This document shows positions 1 to 11,702 of a stretch of DNA of 64,000 nt, piece after piece. Positions within the stretch are counted from its first letter, which is position 1. Every line of letters starts with the position of its first letter. This stretch comes from an uncultured cyanobacterium. GTDB taxonomy: Bacteria; Cyanobacteriota; Cyanobacteriia; Cyanobacteriales; CAWCAG01. Location: assembly GCA_963803805.1 (NCBI GenBank), contig CAWDOD010000004.1, forward strand, positions 64,001-128,000, in the 5' to 3' direction. Made by a program: the position numbers and the translations under genes. The notes beneath the pieces are model-generated. The model did no database searches, was not told where the DNA came from, and was given only the letters and a program-made list of their open reading frames with translations.

Positions 1-1037
1 AACTCTACTTCCTGCAAAACCAACTCCACCTTGGCTTGATTACGGGCTTGAGCAGTACGATTCTTTTCTAGAATAATTTGTCGCTCTGCTTCTTGCTCCA
101 CTTGGTTGCGACGGAGACGCTCTGTCTGTTCCCTGTCATAGGTAATCCTGGCTTGCTCAGCTTGTAACTGCTGAATTTCACTGGCGGTACTTAATTCACC
201 TCGCTCATTGCTAAAGCGATTTTCTAATTCTCGTGCCTTAATTTCCTCTTCACTTTCTAGTTGTGCTAAACGGGCTAACTTCTCTCTTTCTGCTCGGAAG
301 GGAGCTTGCAAATTCTGCCACAATTGGGTTGAGCTAACAACTGCTTCTTTGATCTGCACTGTGACAATCTTCAAACCTAGCCCTTCTGAGCTGGAATTTT
401 GGTTATTGTCATCCTGATTGCCCTCAGCTACAGTCCGGAGGCGGTGAGTCAATTCCTCAATAATCGGTTGTTTGTCACTTAATACTTCATCAATGCTGAG
501 AGTAGCAACTTTATCTTTGATGGCTGCTTCAGCTTGTTCTCGCAACTGCAAGTTAATGATACCCATGGGGTCTTCTGGGTCAGAAAAATCTAGTTTCCAA
601 TAGGCAGTTCTGATGTCGTCAATAATCCACTGGACATAGGCTTGCACCAAAAGACCCTGGCGCTCAATACAGATACATTTAGCATCAATAAGGATAGTTT
701 GAACAGAAGCAGGAATAACGAGAAAGGAGTCGGTGAGGGGGTTGAAGCGGAAGGAAAGTCCCATACCAATGTGGAGGGGTTCGGCATGACCACGGCGGCT
801 GTGAACAGTGTAGAGATTGGGAGGGACAATCAGGCTTTTCCAGATCCCGAAGCCAGTAATGCGGTAATCAACCGCTTTGCCTACAGGAGCCGAAGCAGTA
901 CTAAGAGGGGCTAAAGGAGAGGAAGGAGAGGAAGAGCGTTCAGCACGGCGGCGAGGTCGACTGAGTTTGAGGTTCGCCTCAGCTTGTTCATCCAAGACTT
1001 GCCGTAAGTAAGTATTCTCTTCTTGTTTTTTGTTCAT
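1..1037 (-). CDS. SPFH/band-7 (flotillin-like) protein, 3' end runs off the window
   Basis: Not in the ORF track. Manual translation from ATG 1037 is open to the left edge: MNKKQEENTYLRQ...VPPNLYTVHSRRG...QGLLVQAYVQWIIDD...QLREQAEAAIKDKVATLSIDEVLSDKQPIIEEL...GLGLKIVTVQIKEA, followed by an E/Q/R/A-rich coiled coil. Confidence 0.75.
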   Translation of the reverse strand, partial: MNKKQEENTYLRQVLDEQAEANLKLSRPRRRAERSSSPSSPLAPLSTASAPVGKAVDYRITGFGIWKSLIVPPNLYTVHSRRGHAEPLHIGMGLSFRFNPLTDSFLVIPASVQTILIDAKCICIERQGLLVQAYVQWIIDDIRTAYWKLDFSDPEDPMGIINLQLREQAEAAIKDKVATLSIDEVLSDKQPIIEELTHRLRTVAEGNQDDNNQNSSSEGLGLKIVTVQIKEAVVSSTQLWQNLQAPFRAEREKLARLAQLESEEEIKARELENRFSNERGELSTASEIQQLQAEQARITYDREQTERLRRNQVEQEAERQIILEKNRTAQARNQAKVELVLQEVE

Positions 1038-1224
1038 GGGGCTTTATTAATATAAACTTTAGGGCGATCGCCTTTGAGGTTGAAACAGTGAAGACAGAGA
1101 AGTAGGGGCAGTAAGACAATTAGCCATTAACCATTAACAATTAGCAAAAAACAGTTAATCCAAGTTAGAATTATTAAGAAATCTTTAGATTAATAACGTA
1201 AATCAACGTCCCTGACCTTTCAAT

Positions 1225-3018
1225 ATGTCTCTTCCCATTCGCAATCTTGCTATTATTGCCCACGTCGATCACGGTAAAACAACCTTAGTTGATGCTTTAC
1301 TGAAACAATCTGGTATCTTTCGCGAAGGGGAAGAGATTCCTGATTGCGTCATGGACTCCAATGCCTTAGAACGAGAAAGAGGCATTACCATTCTTTCTAA
1401 AAATACCGCCGTTAATTACAAAGATACCCTAATTAATATTGTTGATACCCCCGGACACGCCGACTTTGGTGGGGAAGTTGAACGAGTTTTGGGTATGGTT
1501 GATGGTTGTATTTTAATTGTCGATGCCAACGAAGGGCCAATGCCCCAAACCCGGTTTGTTCTCAAAAAAGCTTTAGAAAAGGGCTTACGTCCCATCGTTG
1601 TTGTTAATAAAATTGATCGCCCCAATGCTGATCCTTTTGGGGCAGTAGATAAGGTTTTAGATTTATTTATTGAATTAGGGGCTGATGATGATCAGTGTGA
1701 CTTCACCTATTTATTTGCCTCTGGTTTAGAAGGTTACGCCAAAGAAGACTTAGAAGCAGAAGGGGTAGATATGCAGCCCCTGTTTGAAGCAATTCTGCAA
1801 CACGTTCCCCCTCCGGTAGGAGATGTTAATAAGCCTTTGCAGCTACAAGTGACAACTTTGGACTACTCTGATTATGTCGGGCGGATTGTCATTGGTAGAA
1901 TCCACAACGGTATTATTAAAGCAGGACAACAAGTAGCTTTGGTTCAAGAAGGAGGCAAAACCACCAAAGCGAAAGTAACTAAGTTAATGGGGTTTGAAGG
2001 ATTGAAGCGGGTGGATCTCGAAGAGGCTTCGGCTGGAAATATTGTTGCTGTAGCAGGATTTGCTGATGCGAATATTGGTGAAACTCTCACCTCCCCAGAA
2101 GATCCTCAAGCTTTACCCTTAATTAAGGTAGATGAACCTACCTTACAAATGACCTTTTCTGTTAACGATTCTCCTTTTGCAGGACAGGAAGGCAGTTATG
2201 TTACCTCCCGGCAAATTCGCGATCGCTTATTAAGGGAATTGGAAACCAACGTTGCTTTGCGGGTTGAAGACACTGACTCTGCCGAGAAGTTTTCTGTTTC
2301 AGGACGTGGAGAACTCCATTTAGGTATCTTAATTGAAACGATGCGACGAGAAGGTTATGAGTTTCAGGTTTCCCAACCCCAAGTTATTTACCGAGAAATC
2401 AATGGGCAACCTTGTGAACCTTATGAGTATCTTGTCGTAGATGTTCCCGAAGCAGCCGTAGGTAGTTGCATTGAACGTTTGGGGCAGCGTAAAGGGACAA
2501 TGCAGGATATGCAGGTGGGTAGCAACGGGCGTACCCAATTGGAGTTTGTCATACCTGCTAGGGGTTTAATTGGCTTCCGGGGAGAATTCCTCCGCTTAAC
2601 TCGTGGTGAAGGGATCATGAACCATAGTTTCTTAGAATATCGTCCTTTGATGGGAGACTTAGAAACTCGTCGCAATGGTGTAATTGTAGCTTTTGAAGAA
2701 GGAGTAGCCACTTTCTACGCTTTAAAGAATGCTGAAGATCGCGGCGTTTTCTTCATCACTCCAGGGGTGAAAGTTTATAAAGGTATGATTGTGGGAGAAC
2801 ACAATCGTCCCCAAGATTTGGATCTTAATGTAGCGAAAACCAAGCAATTAACCAATCACCGTGCGGCTAGTGGAGATGAATTAGTACAGCTACAATCTCC
2901 TATCGAAATGAGTTTAGAAAGGGCTTTAGAATACATCACTACCGATGAATTGGTAGAAGTTACTCCTGAGTCTATTCGTTTACGGAAAATGAAGACCAAG
3001 AAGTTAGCTAAACGCTAA
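1225..3018 (+). CDS. typA: Translational GTPase TypA/BipA
   Basis: [64 protein letters not shown]; 597 aa. Confidence 0.98.
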   Translation: MSLPIRNLAIIAHVDHGKTTLVDALLKQSGIFREGEEIPDCVMDSNALERERGITILSKNTAVNYKDTLINIVDTPGHADFGGEVERVLGMVDGCILIVDANEGPMPQTRFVLKKALEKGLRPIVVVNKIDRPNADPFGAVDKVLDLFIELGADDDQCDFTYLFASGLEGYAKEDLEAEGVDMQPLFEAILQHVPPPVGDVNKPLQLQVTTLDYSDYVGRIVIGRIHNGIIKAGQQVALVQEGGKTTKAKVTKLMGFEGLKRVDLEEASAGNIVAVAGFADANIGETLTSPEDPQALPLIKVDEPTLQMTFSVNDSPFAGQEGSYVTSRQIRDRLLRELETNVALRVEDTDSAEKFSVSGRGELHLGILIETMRREGYEFQVSQPQVIYREINGQPCEPYEYLVVDVPEAAVGSCIERLGQRKGTMQDMQVGSNGRTQLEFVIPARGLIGFRGEFLRLTRGEGIMNHSFLEYRPLMGDLETRRNGVIVAFEEGVATFYALKNAEDRGVFFITPGVKVYKGMIVGEHNRPQDLDLNVAKTKQLTNHRAASGDELVQLQSPIEMSLERALEYITTDELVEVTPESIRLRKMKTKKLAKR

Positions 3019-3073
3019 AAACTTGGTACTTAGTCATACCAATTCTTGCTCGTTTGTTTGTCAGGGGTTAAGC

Positions 3074-3105
3074 AGGAAAGGGGAAGGAAATTTTCCCCTT
3101 TTCCT
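3074..3105. terminator. Hairpin between convergent genes, probable terminator
   Basis: AGGAAAGGGGAA...TTCCCCTTTTCCT inverted repeat downstream of typA. Confidence 0.55.
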
Positions 3106-3140
3106 AACCAACTTATCAATTGCGAATTATCCATTGGTAA

Positions 3141-3512
3141 TTAGTTTTTGTTCTTTCTGCGCCAAAACACTAAAGGTCTAATCAACTTAGCTCTACTCTT
3201 CTTTTCACCTTGCTTCTGCTCTTTTCTACTGTCTTGTATCTTAGTACTTTTGATTTGTTCTCTAGCTCTTCTTTGTGCTTCAGATAAATTAACTTTGCTA
3301 GAAGTGGTTTTAACAACTCCATCTAACCTATTTGTCCAAGTTTCGCCAGGCTGTTCCTTAGTTAGTCGCCAGTTGATTATTAACCCCCAACATAATCCAC
3401 CAATAGCACCTAAAACTATACTTACAGGTATTGATATGCCGATAGATACAAAGGCTAGAAGCAAAAGGAGGAAGACTATTAAGCCTGAAGACACTGCTTC
3501 GTCTTTAAACAT
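3141..3512 (-). CDS. Hypothetical membrane protein
   Basis: Two N-terminal hydrophobic segments and a basic C-terminal tail; ATG start. Confidence 0.65.
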   Translation of the reverse strand: MFKDEAVSSGLIVFLLLLLAFVSIGISIPVSIVLGAIGGLCWGLIINWRLTKEQPGETWTNRLDGVVKTTSSKVNLSEAQRRAREQIKSTKIQDSRKEQKQGEKKSRAKLIRPLVFWRRKNKN

Positions 3513-3590
3513 AGGTTATACCAATTCTCATTAATTCAATAATATAGGCTTAGGGGGCAGCAAATAATTGATAGTTGATATTACTCCGTA

Positions 3591-4247
3591 TTACTTAATC
3601 ACCCTAACAGGAGTTCCCACTTCTATTTGTTCAAATAAAGCGATCGCATCTTCATTGCGCATTCGTACACAACCGTGGGAAACAGCTTGCCCAATAAGTT
3701 TTTCGTTAGGAGTACCATGGAAGCCAATAACATCTTTGCCATCACTCCAAAAGCCAATCCACCTTTTCCCCAAAGGATTATTAGCCCCTGGTGGAATTAA
3801 CTCTCCGGTGAAAGGATTCTCCCAAGTTGGTTCAACAACCATTTGTTGAACTTGAAAATCACCTAAAGGGGTTTCCCAGCCTTGTTTGCCAATAGCCACA
3901 GGATAGCTTACTTGAAGTTGACCATGGCGATATAAATAAACTAGGCGATCGCTCAAACTCAAAATTATCTGAGTGCCGTCAGCATTAATTCCCCTAGGAA
4001 TTGGTTGGGCTGGTAAAAATTGATCAGCTTCTCCCAAAGGTGGCACTTGCAACTTATCGAAAATCCTGGGAGGAGAAACAACAACCGCTATGGTATTAAG
4101 AGTTTGTGGTGATGCAGAAGTCGTAGATGCCCCCGCAGGTAAACTATCGCCCAAACAGAAGAATGTTGCGCTAGAACTAGTTAACAGTAGAAAATACCAA
4201 CGCTTTCGGCTGATCAATAATAAATCAATGACAAATGAAACTACCAT
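3591..4247 (-). CDS. L,D-transpeptidase (YkuD/ErfK family); start uncertain
   Basis: YPVAIGKQGWETPLG, NNPLGKRWIGF, IGFHGT...AVSHGCVRM catalytic motif. Confidence 0.92.
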   Translation of the reverse strand: MVVSFVIDLLLISRKRWYFLLLTSSSATFFCLGDSLPAGASTTSASPQTLNTIAVVVSPPRIFDKLQVPPLGEADQFLPAQPIPRGINADGTQIILSLSDRLVYLYRHGQLQVSYPVAIGKQGWETPLGDFQVQQMVVEPTWENPFTGELIPPGANNPLGKRWIGFWSDGKDVIGFHGTPNEKLIGQAVSHGCVRMRNEDAIALFEQIEVGTPVRVIK

Positions 4248-4759
4248 CTTCCTCGAACAGGAGTATTTGTAGGAGCAGTTTGCTGTACTCCAGGATTATT
4301 ACACATCACTAAAGCACCTTTTTCTACCGGGGGGCCGCCAAATCTGCGGGCTACGTTAGCCGGAAACCAAACTTCAGCAGTTTGACCTTCAATGGCTAAA
4401 ATCATCACATATTCAAAATCGGGACGATCTGCATCAAAAACCCGCCTTTCTTGGCGAGGAACTACCAATTTAACTTCTCTACCAATAGGATAGCGCCCAA
4501 TTGGATCTCCGCTTTGTACTGCTGTGGGTTCACGGTAATAGGGAACTCCTGGCCCAGTAATGCCAGAGGGAGTAGCGGCGATTTTGCGGCAGATGGTTTG
4601 TCTGGGGGGAATCGGTTGAACTTGGGCAATTTCTAAAGTACCTTCCTTCACTTCAGCCGTGTTGCCTGGGGCTGAAGGTAAAGGGAGAATTGCCAGGGAA
4701 AGTAAACCTAGATAGGTTAAAGGTTTGCTATAGCTACGCAATGTTTTCATGGATGCCAC
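4241..4759 (-). CDS. Hypothetical secreted protein
   Basis: Signal-peptide-like N-terminus, one Cys pair; stop overlaps the start of the transpeptidase ORF. Confidence 0.65.
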   Translation of the reverse strand: MASMKTLRSYSKPLTYLGLLSLAILPLPSAPGNTAEVKEGTLEIAQVQPIPPRQTICRKIAATPSGITGPGVPYYREPTAVQSGDPIGRYPIGREVKLVVPRQERRVFDADRPDFEYVMILAIEGQTAEVWFPANVARRFGGPPVEKGALVMCNNPGVQQTAPTNTPVRGRW

Positions 4760-5012
4760 TCCTTATTCAATCAACCGTTATAGTATCAGTTCCTCTTCAA
4801 AAAAATCTCTATCTTTATTCCGGTTCTACATAAATAATACGGAACTCTAAATAATTTATTATACTTAAGTAAGTATTCACTTATTAATTGCCATAAAATT
4901 ATTAAGAATAGGGTAATATTAAGTAACATTGAAATATATTAAATTTATATTAAGCTCACCATTCTTTCATAAAAACCTTTAGCTCAACTGTCAACAAAGG
5001 ACGAAACTAGTC

Positions 5013-6476
5013 GTGACTCAAATAGTGCCAGAAGACGAGCAAAAACGAACTCCGGGAACCACCTCTACCTCTACACAAGAACAAGAGGTCATAGAACAAG
5101 AAATAGAAATAGTCTTAACCCCAGCAGAAGAAACAGAACCAGTTGCAAAAAATAATTGGCTTTCTGGCAAACGGGGTTTATTGTTGGGTATGTTTATGGG
5201 TATTTTACTCGCTCTTGTGGGAGGCCGATTTTTAGGAGCAAGGCAGCAAGAGACTCCTAGCCAAGAACAATCTCCTCCTGCCACTAGTACATCTAGTCAA
5301 AGTGCTACGGTGACAGAAGTAACACTAGGTACAGTAAGCAGTTCCATTGAAGCAACTGGCACTATTGCTCCTTTCAAAGATATTGAAGTTTATTCTCCTG
5401 CCTCCAACTTACAAGTGGAACAAGTTTCAGTAGAGGAAGGAGACTATGTGGAAAAAGGGGCGGTAATGGCTGTTCTAGATAAATCCCAACTACAAGCACA
5501 ACTTACCCAGGCTAATGGTTCTGTGTTGCAAGCAGAGGCGCGTTTAGCAGAAGTTAGAAACGGTTCTCGTTCTGAAGAATTAGCTAGGGCTAAACAAGAT
5601 GTCAGAAGCGCTCAAGCGAGGCTAAATCAAGCACAATCAGGTTTCCAATTAGCTCAAAAGCGAGTCCAACGTAATAGTTATCTGGCCCAAGAAGGAGCCA
5701 TTTCTCGTGATGCCTTAGATGAGATTGTTAACGAACAGAGCAGCAGAGTTAGTGATGTTGAAAATGCTGAAGCTTCTTTAGCCCAAGCCCAAGAGCAGCT
5801 TAAGGAATTAGAAGCCGGGGAACGGCCAGAAGTAATAGATCAAGCCCAAGGTCAATTAGCACAGGCCCAGGGGCAAGTAGCAGCTATTGAAGCCCAACTC
5901 CAGGATACTCGTGTACTGGCTCCTGTGAGCGGTAAGGTTACAGAAGTTCCTGTCAATGTTGGTAAAGTGGCTTCTGGAGTTCTGTTTAAAATGACGGCTA
6001 ACGGTAACTTAGAATTACAACTCAAAGTTCCTGAAACCCAACTATCCCAAATCCAACCAGGACAAAGGGTTGAAGTAACCTCTGATCGAGATGGTCGAGT
6101 CGATATGGCTGCTAGGGTTCGGGAAATAGATCCAGTTGTAAATGAAGAATCTCGCCAGGCGATTGTTAAAGTACCTTTACCCGATACGGGAACTCTACGT
6201 CCAGGAATGTTTTTGCGGGGTAACATTATTACTTCTTCCACAATTGGCGTGAAAATACCCTCTGAAGCAGTCTTACCCCAGTCTGATGGTAGCGGTAAAG
6301 TATTTGTGGTGAATGAAGAAAATATTGCCCAATCTAAAGATGTTGTATTAGGTGATCCTTTGCCAAATAACGAAATCCATATTAAAAGCGGCTTAGATAA
6401 AGGCGATCGCATCGTTGTTAAAGGTGCATCCTATATCAAGGATGGGGATAAAGTCGATGTGGTCAGCGCGCTTTAA
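5013..6476 (+). CDS. RND efflux periplasmic adaptor (membrane fusion protein)
   Basis: Single TM segment, VSVEEGDYVEKGAVMAVLD, long coiled coil, TRVLAPVSGKV, LRPGMFLRG; adjacent to an RND permease. Confidence 0.93.
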   Translation: MTQIVPEDEQKRTPGTTSTSTQEQEVIEQEIEIVLTPAEETEPVAKNNWLSGKRGLLLGMFMGILLALVGGRFLGARQQETPSQEQSPPATSTSSQSATVTEVTLGTVSSSIEATGTIAPFKDIEVYSPASNLQVEQVSVEEGDYVEKGAVMAVLDKSQLQAQLTQANGSVLQAEARLAEVRNGSRSEELARAKQDVRSAQARLNQAQSGFQLAQKRVQRNSYLAQEGAISRDALDEIVNEQSSRVSDVENAEASLAQAQEQLKELEAGERPEVIDQAQGQLAQAQGQVAAIEAQLQDTRVLAPVSGKVTEVPVNVGKVASGVLFKMTANGNLELQLKVPETQLSQIQPGQRVEVTSDRDGRVDMAARVREIDPVVNEESRQAIVKVPLPDTGTLRPGMFLRGNIITSSTIGVKIPSEAVLPQSDGSGKVFVVNEENIAQSKDVVLGDPLPNNEIHIKSGLDKGDRIVVKGASYIKDGDKVDVVSAL

Positions 6477-6537
6477 TAAATAATTGAGCTTCAAATACGA
6501 CATTCCCTATTTTTCCTATTCCCTCAAACCTTAAAAA

Positions 6538-9500
6538 ATGTCTTTTCACGTTTCTTCTTGGTCAATTAAAAATCCGGTTCCCACCATCGTTATGTTTCTG
6601 GTATTGGGAATCTTTGGCATCTTTTCTTTTCTGCAACTGGGAATAGATAGTGAACCCAATATTGATGTTCCGGCAGTAATTATCAGCGTGGGGCAACCGG
6701 GGGCGGGCCTGCGGAATTGGAGAACCAGGTTACTAAAGAAATTGAAGATGCCGTAGCCGGGTTAGGAAATATAGATAAAATCACTTCTACCGTTGTGGAG
6801 GGAAGTTCAACTACAGTAGTTGAATTTACTTTAGGTACAGATACAGACCGCGCCACCAATGATGTCCGTAATGCTGTATCCCAAGTTCGTAGCCAACTGC
6901 CCCAAGATGTCAACGACCCCATTGTCAGGCGTTTAGAGTTTGCTGGTGGTTCGATTATGACCTACGCTGTCTCTTCCCCACAGCTTTCAGTAGAAGAGTT
7001 AAGCGATCTGGTAGACCGTAAAATTAGTCGCGCTTTATTAACGGTGAAAGGGGTTGCTGAAGTTAATCGTAACGGCGGGGTTGATCGAGAAATTCGTGTT
7101 GATCTTGATCCTTCTCGACTGCAAGCCTATGGTATCACAGCAACTCAGGTTAACGACCAAATCCGCAGCTTAAATGTGAACTTACCGAGTGGACGCTCAG
7201 AAATTGGCGGTGGGGAACAGAATGTCCGTACCTTGGGTAGTGCAGAAACTGTTGCAGATTTAAAAGAATATGGTATTGTTCTGCCCAATGGTGGTAGCGT
7301 CCGTCTTTCTAATTTAGGGGAAGTAACCGATAGTTTCGCTGACCCCAGGCAATCAGCTTATTTAAACGGTGAACCTGTGGTTAGTTATTCTGTTCTCCGC
7401 AGTACAGGTAGCAACCTTGTCACTGTAGAAGAAGGGGTCAAGAAGAAAGTTGAGGAACTGAAAAAAACCTTACCGGGAGATGTCAAACAAGAACTGATTT
7501 TCACCCGCGCCGATGAAGTACGGGCTTCTTATCAAGCGACGATTGGGGCTTTGATTGCAGGTTGTTTGTTAACCATCGTCACAGTGTGGTTATTTTTGCG
7601 AGATTGGCGAGTTACCTTAATTACTGCCTTAGCCTTACCTCTTTCTATGATTCCTACTTTCATGGTGATGAAGACTTTAGATTATACCCTCAACGGTATG
7701 ACTCTTTTGGCTTTAGCCCTAGCAGTGGGAAACTTGGTGGACGATGCAATTTGTATGATTGAAAACATCGACCAGCATTTACAAATGGGAAAAAGGCCCT
7801 TTCAAGCAGCCTTGGATGGGGCGAGGGAAATTGGTTTAGCTGTAGTTGCCACCACTGCTACCATTGTGGCAGTTTTTGTCCCTGTGGCTTTTATGGGAGG
7901 TATACCAGGTCAGTTTTTCCAACCTTTTGGGATTACCGTTGCGGTTTCCACAATGTTTTCTACCTTAGTGGCGGTAACGATGACTCCAATGCTAAGTGCT
8001 TATTTGTTGCAACCTAAATATACTAATACCCCAGAAACCAATGGTCATAACCCCAATTTTAATGGTAATGGCCACCACAAACCTCCTCAAAAACGCTTCC
8101 ATCCCTACCGCAACCTTCTTACTTGGTCTTTAAAACATCGCATTACCACCTTAATTGTTGCCGTAGTCTTTTTTATCGGTAGTTTGCAACTTATCCAGTT
8201 TATCCCCAAAGGTTTGTTTGATAGTGGGGATACTGGCATCAGCATTGTTAGTATTGATCTTCCTGCGGGTTCGCAACTCCAAGAAACCGAAGCTGTATTG
8301 GCACAGTTGAATGAAATACTCTTACCTAATCCCAATATTAAAAGTGTTTTAGGAACATTAGGGGGTGACAGTGTTGATCAAGGTACTGCGGTTGTTAGCC
8401 TTGTACCCAAAAGCGAACGAGACTTGCATCAAAGAGAAATTGAGCAACAAATGCGTCAAGAATTTGCTCGTATTCCTGGGGCAAGGGTAAGCTTCCAGAG
8501 TCAAGGGGCCTGGAGGAGGTAGCAAAGAACTATCTATTGTCTTGCAAAGTGAAAATGCTGAAACTTTAAACGAAACTGCTGAAGCTTTGGAAAGTCAAAT
8601 GAAAGAGATTCCTGGTTTAGTGGAGGTGGTTTCTAGTACCAGTTTGGTGAAACCAGAAATTATCATTGAACCAGATGCGGCTAGGGCAGCAGATTTAGGT
8701 GTTTCGGTACAAGCAATTTCCCGTACCGCTGCTTTGGCTTTGATTGGTGACAGTGAGTCTAATTTAGCTAAATTTAACCTTGCTGATCGTCAAATTCCTA
8801 TCCGGGTTAAAATTACCTCTGATGCTACCGATGACCTAGAAACCCTTAAAAATCTTATGGTTCCCCGTGGCGATGGCGGTGGCTTAGTTCCCCTCACTTC
8901 CGTAGCTAATATTCGCTTAGGTAGTGGTCCAGCAGAAATTGAACGTTTAGATCGTAGCCGTCAGGTTTTGGTGGAAGCGAATTTAGAAGGTGTTTCTTTG
9001 GGGGAGGCAATGGATCAGGTGAGGACTTTACCCATCATGAATCCCCTCCCTCCTGATGTTTCTGAACAACCTTTCGGCGAAGCAGAAATCATGCGAGACA
9101 TCTTCACCCGCTTCGGCAGTGCCTTGGGTTTAGCTGTTCTCTGCATTTACGTAATTTTGGTACTGTTGTACAACAACTTCCTCTATCCCTTCGCCATTTT
9201 AGTTGCCTTACCCCTCTCCATTGGTGGTGCGTTGTTAGGTTTGTTGGTGACACAAAAAGAGTTAGGTTTATTCGCCTTGATTGGTATTGTCCTCTTAATG
9301 GGATTAGTAACTAAAAATGCTATCCTCCTGGTGGATTTCGCCCTTTCTGGTCAAAGAGAAGGTAAAAAGCAGTTTCAAGCTGTTGTGGGGGCAGGAATAT
9401 CCCGCTTACGACCGATTCTTATGACCTCCATTTCTACGGTTGCAGGGATGATCCCCATTGCCTTAGAATTAGGGGCAGATGGTGAAGTACGTAGCCCCAT

Positions 9501-9699
9501 GGCGATCGCCGTTATTGGTGGTTTTACTACTTCTACTCTTTTAACCTTAGTGGTTGTGCCAGTACTATTTACCTATGTAGACAACCTTGTACATTGGTTA
9601 GGTAAACTCTTCGCTGGGGGGCAAGATCGAGAAGAAACTATAGAAGGCGATGGCTTAAGCCAAGAAACTGTGACCACTGGTAATGGCAAGCTGAATTAA
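6538..9699 (+). CDS. RND efflux permease (AcrB/AcrF family) split by two frameshifts (~6705 and ~8507); about 1053 aa when joined
   Basis: SSWSIKNPVPTIV; GNLVDDAICMIEN; GLVTKNAILLVDF; RLRPILMTS; the three ORF pieces are collinear. Confidence 0.9.
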
Positions 9700-9727
9700 T
9701 TTTATAACATCAACTTCTTAATTTGGT

Positions 9728-11104
9728 ATGAAGTGTGATCGCCGTAAGTTTCTACAATTAGCTTTATTAAGTTCAGGTTCCTTTTTGGGTTCTTGTTTAA
9801 GCCATAGCGGAGATAGAAGCAGACTTAAGACCAAAATTATTGTCGTTGGTGCAGGGATTGCTGGGCTTACAGCAGCCCAGGCACTTCAAAGTCAAGGGGC
9901 AGACGTTATTGTAGTTGAGGCAAAACCTTATGTTGGTGGGCGACTACTCACTGATTACTCATTAGGGACTGCATTTGAGATCGGTGCAGGTTGGATTCAT
10001 GGCCCCGATGGCAATCCAATCTCAACTTTGGCAAAACAGATTCAAGGAAAAACTTTTGTAACCGAAGATGATAGCTTGCTTGTTTATGATCATAACGGCA
10101 ATGCAATCAGTGAAGCTGTTATTGATAAACTAGATGAACGTTTTGATAGTTTATTAAAGCAAGTTGATAATTACGTTGGTACTGATGATTTTATCTCCTT
10201 ACAAGAAGCAATCTTAAAGGTTAATCCCACATCCCTAGAAGATCCCTTAATTAATTGGGCATTAACTGCCTTTACAGAATTTGATACAGGCGGCCCCATT
10301 GAAAAGCTTTCTGCTGGTTATTTTAATGAAGATGAGGCTTTTGATGGTGATGATATTATTCTTGTTGATGGCTATGATTCTATCCTCACACCCTTAAGTC
10401 AAGGATTGGACATTCGCCTCAACACTATAGTTACTGCCATTAAATATAGCAATGAAGAAATTAGGGTTGCTACCAACACAGAGGAATTACTTGGGGACTA
10501 TGTAATTTGCACTGTTCCCTTGGGAGTTTTGCAAGCTGGGAAAATCGCTTTTAGTCCCGTACTACCTGAAAGCCATCAACAATCTATTAACAAAATTCCC
10601 ATGGGCAATGTTACCAAGGTTGCATTAAAATTTCCCCAAGCTTTTTGGCCTTTAAATACTCAATATTTTGGTTTTCAATCAGAAGTGAAGGGCAAATGGC
10701 CTTACTTCATGAATTACCGAATGTTTAGCAACCAGAATATTTTAGTTGCCTTATCTTTTGGTTCTTACCCCAGCAAAATTGAATCAGAAAGTGATCAGGT
10801 TATTCAAGGAGAGATTATGGATATTCTGAGAATTATGTTTGGAAATGCCATCTCTGAACCAAAGCAAATAATAGTTACCCGGTGGTCACAAGATCCTCAT
10901 ACCTGGGGGGCATATTCATTTGCAGGAACTAAGACAACTCCTCAAGATTTTGAGGTTTTAGCTAAACCTGTGGCAAATCGACTTTTTTTTGCTGGTGAAC
11001 ATACAAATTTTGACTATCATGGCACAACTCATGGGGCTTATTTATCCGGTGTTGCTGCAGCAGAAAAAATTATTGTTCTATGTCAAGATGACTCCTTAGA
11101 ATAG
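9728..11104 (+). CDS. Flavin amine oxidase family protein with Tat-type signal
   Basis: DRRKFLQ twin-arginine motif; IIVVGAGIAGL FAD motif; GAGWIHG; LFFAGEHT...GTTHGAYLSG. Confidence 0.9.
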   Translation: MKCDRRKFLQLALLSSGSFLGSCLSHSGDRSRLKTKIIVVGAGIAGLTAAQALQSQGADVIVVEAKPYVGGRLLTDYSLGTAFEIGAGWIHGPDGNPISTLAKQIQGKTFVTEDDSLLVYDHNGNAISEAVIDKLDERFDSLLKQVDNYVGTDDFISLQEAILKVNPTSLEDPLINWALTAFTEFDTGGPIEKLSAGYFNEDEAFDGDDIILVDGYDSILTPLSQGLDIRLNTIVTAIKYSNEEIRVATNTEELLGDYVICTVPLGVLQAGKIAFSPVLPESHQQSINKIPMGNVTKVALKFPQAFWPLNTQYFGFQSEVKGKWPYFMNYRMFSNQNILVALSFGSYPSKIESESDQVIQGEIMDILRIMFGNAISEPKQIIVTRWSQDPHTWGAYSFAGTKTTPQDFEVLAKPVANRLFFAGEHTNFDYHGTTHGAYLSGVAAAEKIIVLCQDDSLE

Positions 11105-11162
11105 GCAAAGCTTTTTCGAGGCGATCGCAGCTTAGAAAATAGAGAAGATTTTGTCTATATCA

Positions 11163-11600
11163 CTATCCGGAACTTAATTGATAAATGCTATTGGCTTGTT
11201 TAACCCACTTTTGTATTTCATCTACAGTGGGACATAAATCCCGGCGTTGCATAGTTGCTACTTGCATCTTTAAGATTTGCCGATGTAGTCTATGGGGAGG
11301 AGTTTGGGCTAGTTGTGCTACAGAAGCAATACCAGAATGTAGTAGAACCCCACAATATTTATAACCAACATTAGGTAAACGGGCCAAATCTGCTAAAGCA
11401 ACCCATTTTTTAAGATGATTAATGTTAATTTCTAGTTGAGTTGCGATCGCATTTTGTTGTTGTAAAGTTCCAGCTTTTTGCAGTAGTTGTTTCGTATTGG
11501 TGATGCCACAAGCTTTAAGTTGAGCTTGATTTTGTTCACTCAACCCAGGTAGCCTGGTAATAGGGTAACTAGAAGCTTTGATTTGAGATTGATTAGTCAT
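11163..11600 (-). CDS. DUF4332-type helix-hairpin-helix protein
   Basis: LPGLS...LKACGI; KWVALADLARLPNVG...LLHSGIASVAQLA. Confidence 0.8.
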   Translation of the reverse strand: MTNQSQIKASSYPITRLPGLSEQNQAQLKACGITNTKQLLQKAGTLQQQNAIATQLEININHLKKWVALADLARLPNVGYKYCGVLLHSGIASVAQLAQTPPHRLHRQILKMQVATMQRRDLCPTVDEIQKWVKQANSIYQLSSG

Positions 11601-11701
11601 AAGCTGTCAGGCATTTAATTTACTTTTACTTATTAGGTTTTATGGGGAGATGGGGGAGGGTTTTAGGGCTTATTTCCTAATTAGGGATTGAAACCAGCTA
11701 A
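11600..11701 (+). mobile_element. MITE-like element, copy with degenerate right end
   Basis: TAAGCTGTCAGGCATTTAATTTACTT...GGGGGAGGGTTTTAGGGCTTATTTCCTA, shared with 43204-43330. Confidence 0.7.
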
Positions 11702-11702
11702 G

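Noticed and set aside
208-914. ORFs 208-417, 590-829 and 642-914
   Set aside because: They overlap the longer SPFH-like frame on the minus strand (1037 to the left edge)
3148-3534. 128-aa plus-strand ORF
   Set aside because: Antisense shadow of 3141-3512, which has an ATG start and more plausible composition
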